DNA from: Mobula hypostoma
Taxonomy: Eukaryota
DNA: 64,000 bases
Reading direction: 5' to 3'
Assembly (NCBI RefSeq): GCF_963921235.1
Contig: NC_086100.1
Coordinates: 61,504,001-61,568,000 of the forward strand
The notes under the pieces are model-generated. The model searched no databases and was not told the DNA's origin. It saw nothing but the letters and a program-made list of their open reading frames with translations. Numbering within the stretch: position 1 is the stretch's first letter; the number at the start of each line of letters is the position of its first letter. This document shows positions 60,340 through 64,000 of the stretch, one piece after another. The translations under genes and the position numbers were made by a program.

Positions 60340-63300
60340 GTGTGGCTAACTGTGGTTAGCAAGAGAAGACAAAGCCAACATAAAAGCCAAAGAGAGGGCA
60401 TATCATAGAACAAAAAATAGTGGGAAGTTAGAAAATTGGAAAATTTTTAAAAACCAATAGAAGGCAACTGAAAAAGTCATTTAGAAGGAAAAGATAGAAT
60501 ACAAAAGTAAGCTAGCCAATAATATTAAAGAGAATACCAAAAGTTTCTTCAGATACACGAAGTGTAAAAGAGAGGTGAGAATGGATATCGGACTACTGGA
60601 ATGGTAGTAATGGGGAGCAAGGAAATGGTGGACAAACTGAATAAGTATTTTGCATTAGTCTTCACTGTGGAAGACACTAACAGTATGTTGGGAGTTCCAG
60701 AGTGTCAGGGATCAGGGGTGTGCAAAGTTGCCATTACTAGGGAGAAAGTTCTTGGGAAATTAAAAATTCTGAAGGTAGATAAATCACCAGTACCAGATAG
60801 TGTACACCCCAGTGTTCCGAAAGAAGTGGCGAAAGAGATTGTGGAGGTATTAGTAATGATCTTTCAAGAATCTCTAGATTCTGAAATGGTTCCAAAAGAC
60901 TGGAAAATTGCAAGTGTCACTCCACTCTTCAAGAAGGGAGGAGAGGAGGAACAAAGGAAATTATAGGCCAGTTTGTCTGACCTCAGTGGTCGTGAAGATG
61001 TTGGAGTCAATTTTTAAGAATTTGGTTTTGGGATACTTGACGGCACATGGCTTTGTGAAGGGCAGATCGTGTCTAACAAGCCTGATAGAGTTCTTTGAGG
61101 AGGTGACCAGGAATATAGATGAGGGTAGTGCAGTGGATGTGATCTATATGGATTTTAGTAAGGCATTTGACAAGGTTCCACATGGTAGGCTTATTCAGAA
61201 AGTTAGAAGGCATGGGATCCAGGGAAGTTTGGCCAGGTGGATTCAGAATTGGCTTGCCTGCAGAAGGCAGAGGGTGGTGGTGGAGGGAGTACATTCCGAT
61301 TGGAGGATTGAGACTAGTGGTGTCCCACAAGGATCTGTTCTGGGACCTTTACTTTTCGTGATTTTTATTAACGACCTGGATGTGGGGGTAGAAGGGTGGG
61401 TTGGCAAGTTTGCAGACGACACAAAGGTTGGTGGTGTTGTAGATAGTGTAGAGGATTGTCAAAGATTGCAGAGAGACATTGATAGGATGCAGAAGTGGGC
61501 TGAGAAGTGGCAGATGGAGTTCAACCCGGAGAAGTGTGAGGTGCTACACTTTGGAAGGACAAATTCCAAGGCAGAGTACAAAGTAAATGGCAGGATACTT
61601 GGTAGTGTGGAGGAGCAGAGGGATCTCGGGGTACATGTCCACAGATCCCTGAAAGTTGCCTCACAGGTGGATAGGGTAGTTAAGAAAGCTTATGGGGTGT
61701 TAGCTTTCATAAGTCGAGGGATAGAGTTTAAGAGTCGCGATGTAATGATGCAGCTCTATAAAACTCTGGTTAGGCCACACTTGGAGTATTGTGTCCCGTT
61801 CTGGTCACCTCACTATAGGAAGGATGTGGAAGCACTGGAAAGGGTACAGAGAAGATTTACCAGGATGCTGCCTGGTTTAGAATGTACGCATTATGATCAG
61901 AGATTAAAGGAGCTAGGGCTTTACTCTTTGGAGAGAAGGAGGATGAGAGGAGACATGATAGAGGTGTGCAAGATAATAAGAGGAATAGATAGAGTGGATA
62001 GCCAGCACCTCTTCCCCAGGGCACCACTGCTCAATACAAGAGGACATGGCTTTAAGGTAAGGGGTGGGAAGTTCAAGGGGGATATTAGAGGAAGGTTTTT
62101 TACTCAGAGAGTGGTTGGTGCATGGAATGCACTGCCTGAGTCAGTGGTGGAGGCAGATACACTAGTGAAGTTTAAGAGACTACTAGACAGGTATATGGAG
62201 GAATTTAAGGTGGGGGCTTATATGGGAGGCAGGGTTTGAGGGTCGGCACAACATTGTGGGCCAAAGGGCCTGTACTGTGCTGTACTATTCTGTGTTCTAT
62301 GTTCTATAAATAGGCTGTAGTCAGCATCGTTTCCTCAAGGGAAAATCTTGCCTGACAAATCTGTTGGAATTCTTTGAAGACATAATAAGCAAAATAGACA
62401 AAGGAGAATTGGTTGATGTTGTGTTCTTGGATTTTAAGAAGGTCTTTGATAAGGTGCTGCCCATAAGGCTGCTTAACATTTAAGAGCCCACAGTACTACA
62501 GGAACATGCTAGCATGATTAAAACAGTGGCTAATTGACAAGAGGCAAAGAGTGGGAGTAAAGAGACTTTACTGGTTGGCTGCCGGAAACTAGTGGTATTC
62601 CATAGGGGTCTATGTTGGGACTGCTTCACTTTACATTGTATATGTCAACAACTTGGATAATGGAATTGATGGCTTTGTTGCAAAGTTTGTGGACAACACA
62701 AAGATAGGTGGAGGGTCCGGTAGTCTTGAGGAAGTAGAGCAGCTACAAATGGACTTAGACAGACTACGAGGATGGGCAAAGAAAAGGCAGTTCTTGTGCA
62801 GGACTCCCTAAAGGTTAATTCGCAGGTTGAATCTGGGTGAGGAAGGCAAATGCAATATTAGCACTCATTTCAAGAGGACTTGAATGTAAAAGCAAGGATT
62901 TAATGTTGAGGCTTTATAAAGCACTGGTGAAAACTCACGTGAGGTATTGTGAGCATTTTTGTGCCTCTTAGAAAGGATGTGCTGACACTGGAAAGGGTTA
63001 AAGGAGGTTCACAAAAATGATTTCAGGATTGAATGACTTGCATATGAAGTATTTGATGGCTCTCAACCTGTACTCACTAGAATTCAGAAGAATGAAGGAT
63101 GATCTGATTGAAACCTATCGAGTGGCGAAAGGTCTTGATAGAGTGGATGTGGAGAGGATGTTTCCTCTGTTGGGACAGTCTAGGACCAGAGAACACAGCC
63201 TCAGAATCGAGGCGTCCTTTTAGAATGGAGATCAGGAGGAATATTCTTTAGCCAGAGAATAGCGAATCTGTGGAATTCGTTGCCACAGACAGCTGTGGAG

Positions 63301-63487
63301 ACCAAGTCTTTATGTATATTTAATGCAGAGGTTGATAGATTCTTGATTGGTCAGGGAATGAAGTGATACAGGGAGAAGGCAGGAGGTTGGGAATGAGGGG
63401 AAAAATGCATCAGCCATGAAGAAATGGTGGAGCTGACTTGATGGGACAGATGATCTAATTCTGCTCCAACGACTTATGGTCTTATGG
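60340..63487 (+). mobile_element. Older CR1 ORF2 remnant, interrupted at 61046-62307
   Basis: WLT..KRKLANNIK..KSP.PD..NYRPV before the insertion and IG.SQH.FLKGKSCLTNLLEFFE after it. (CTTATGGT)n tail. Confidence 0.85.
61046..62307 (+). mobile_element. Young 5'-truncated CR1 with uninterrupted RT, in frame with the host CR1
   Basis: Highly similar to 28095-29356. Supplies most of the 443-aa ORF 60908-62239 ([22 protein letters not shown]). (TTCTATG)n tail. Confidence 0.92.
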
Positions 63488-64000
63488 TGTTCACTAGCAA
63501 CTTCCTCTCTGCATTAACACTTCTTGGTGGTAGAAGTTACATGTCTGGAATGAGCTGTTGGTGTGGCCAGGATTGACAACTGTGGTGTATTTTGCAGAAG
63601 GGATGCAATGCAGCCATTGTAATCTGTGTACGACAGAAATAGACATTCAGGATGCAAACTTGGTGCCAATCATCTTGTAGAATTCATCTGTAATTTATTT
63701 GGTTCTTGTAGGACTTAGGGAGCATGTTACACTATCTTTGCATATTCCTCTAGCTTAGACTTGCTTGTCCAAACAAAATATTCCAGTAAAGACGTTGTAT
63801 TATTGTTAGTCCATGCCTGGGGAATGATGGGATAACATTGGCCAATCCTGCAATAATATATATCCTATTGTATTATATATTTTAGTATACTTTGTATCAT
63901 TTTCTAAAAAGGTGTAATATTAAAGCTGTATCATATATTTATCCACTTCTGTTTATCTATGCCCTGATTTTAAACATCTAATGATCTTGACCTATTTATC

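Overview
Eukaryotic, repeat-rich vertebrate DNA. The repeat landscape (CR1 and Rex1/Babar LINEs, Neptune-type Penelope-like elements, tRNA-derived SINEs) suggests a cartilaginous fish; this is an inference. The main host gene is almost invisible in the ORF track. It is a complete six-coding-exon interleukin-12 p35 (IL12A-like) gene on the - strand (ATG 55769, stop 50226, 212 aa), reconstructed by hand from GT-AG splice sites, with TATA/NF-kB/ISRE-like promoter motifs and an AU-rich 3' UTR. A second host gene is represented by one + strand death-domain exon (2687-2968), whose unspliced read-through ends in a CaaX box (CVLL). An orphan CpG-rich NF-kB site cluster lies at about 31.1-31.6 kb. The rest is nested mobile DNA. 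This includes Penelope-like elements with minimal hammerhead-ribozyme motifs, two minisatellites born inside transposons (59 bp from a SINE, 31 bp from a Gypsy pol), a 616-bp foldback mariner-like MITE, Tigger and hAT/Charlie remnants, a solo LTR, and a young CR1 inserted almost in register into an older CR1. All calls are by eye, and boundaries of degraded repeats are approximate.
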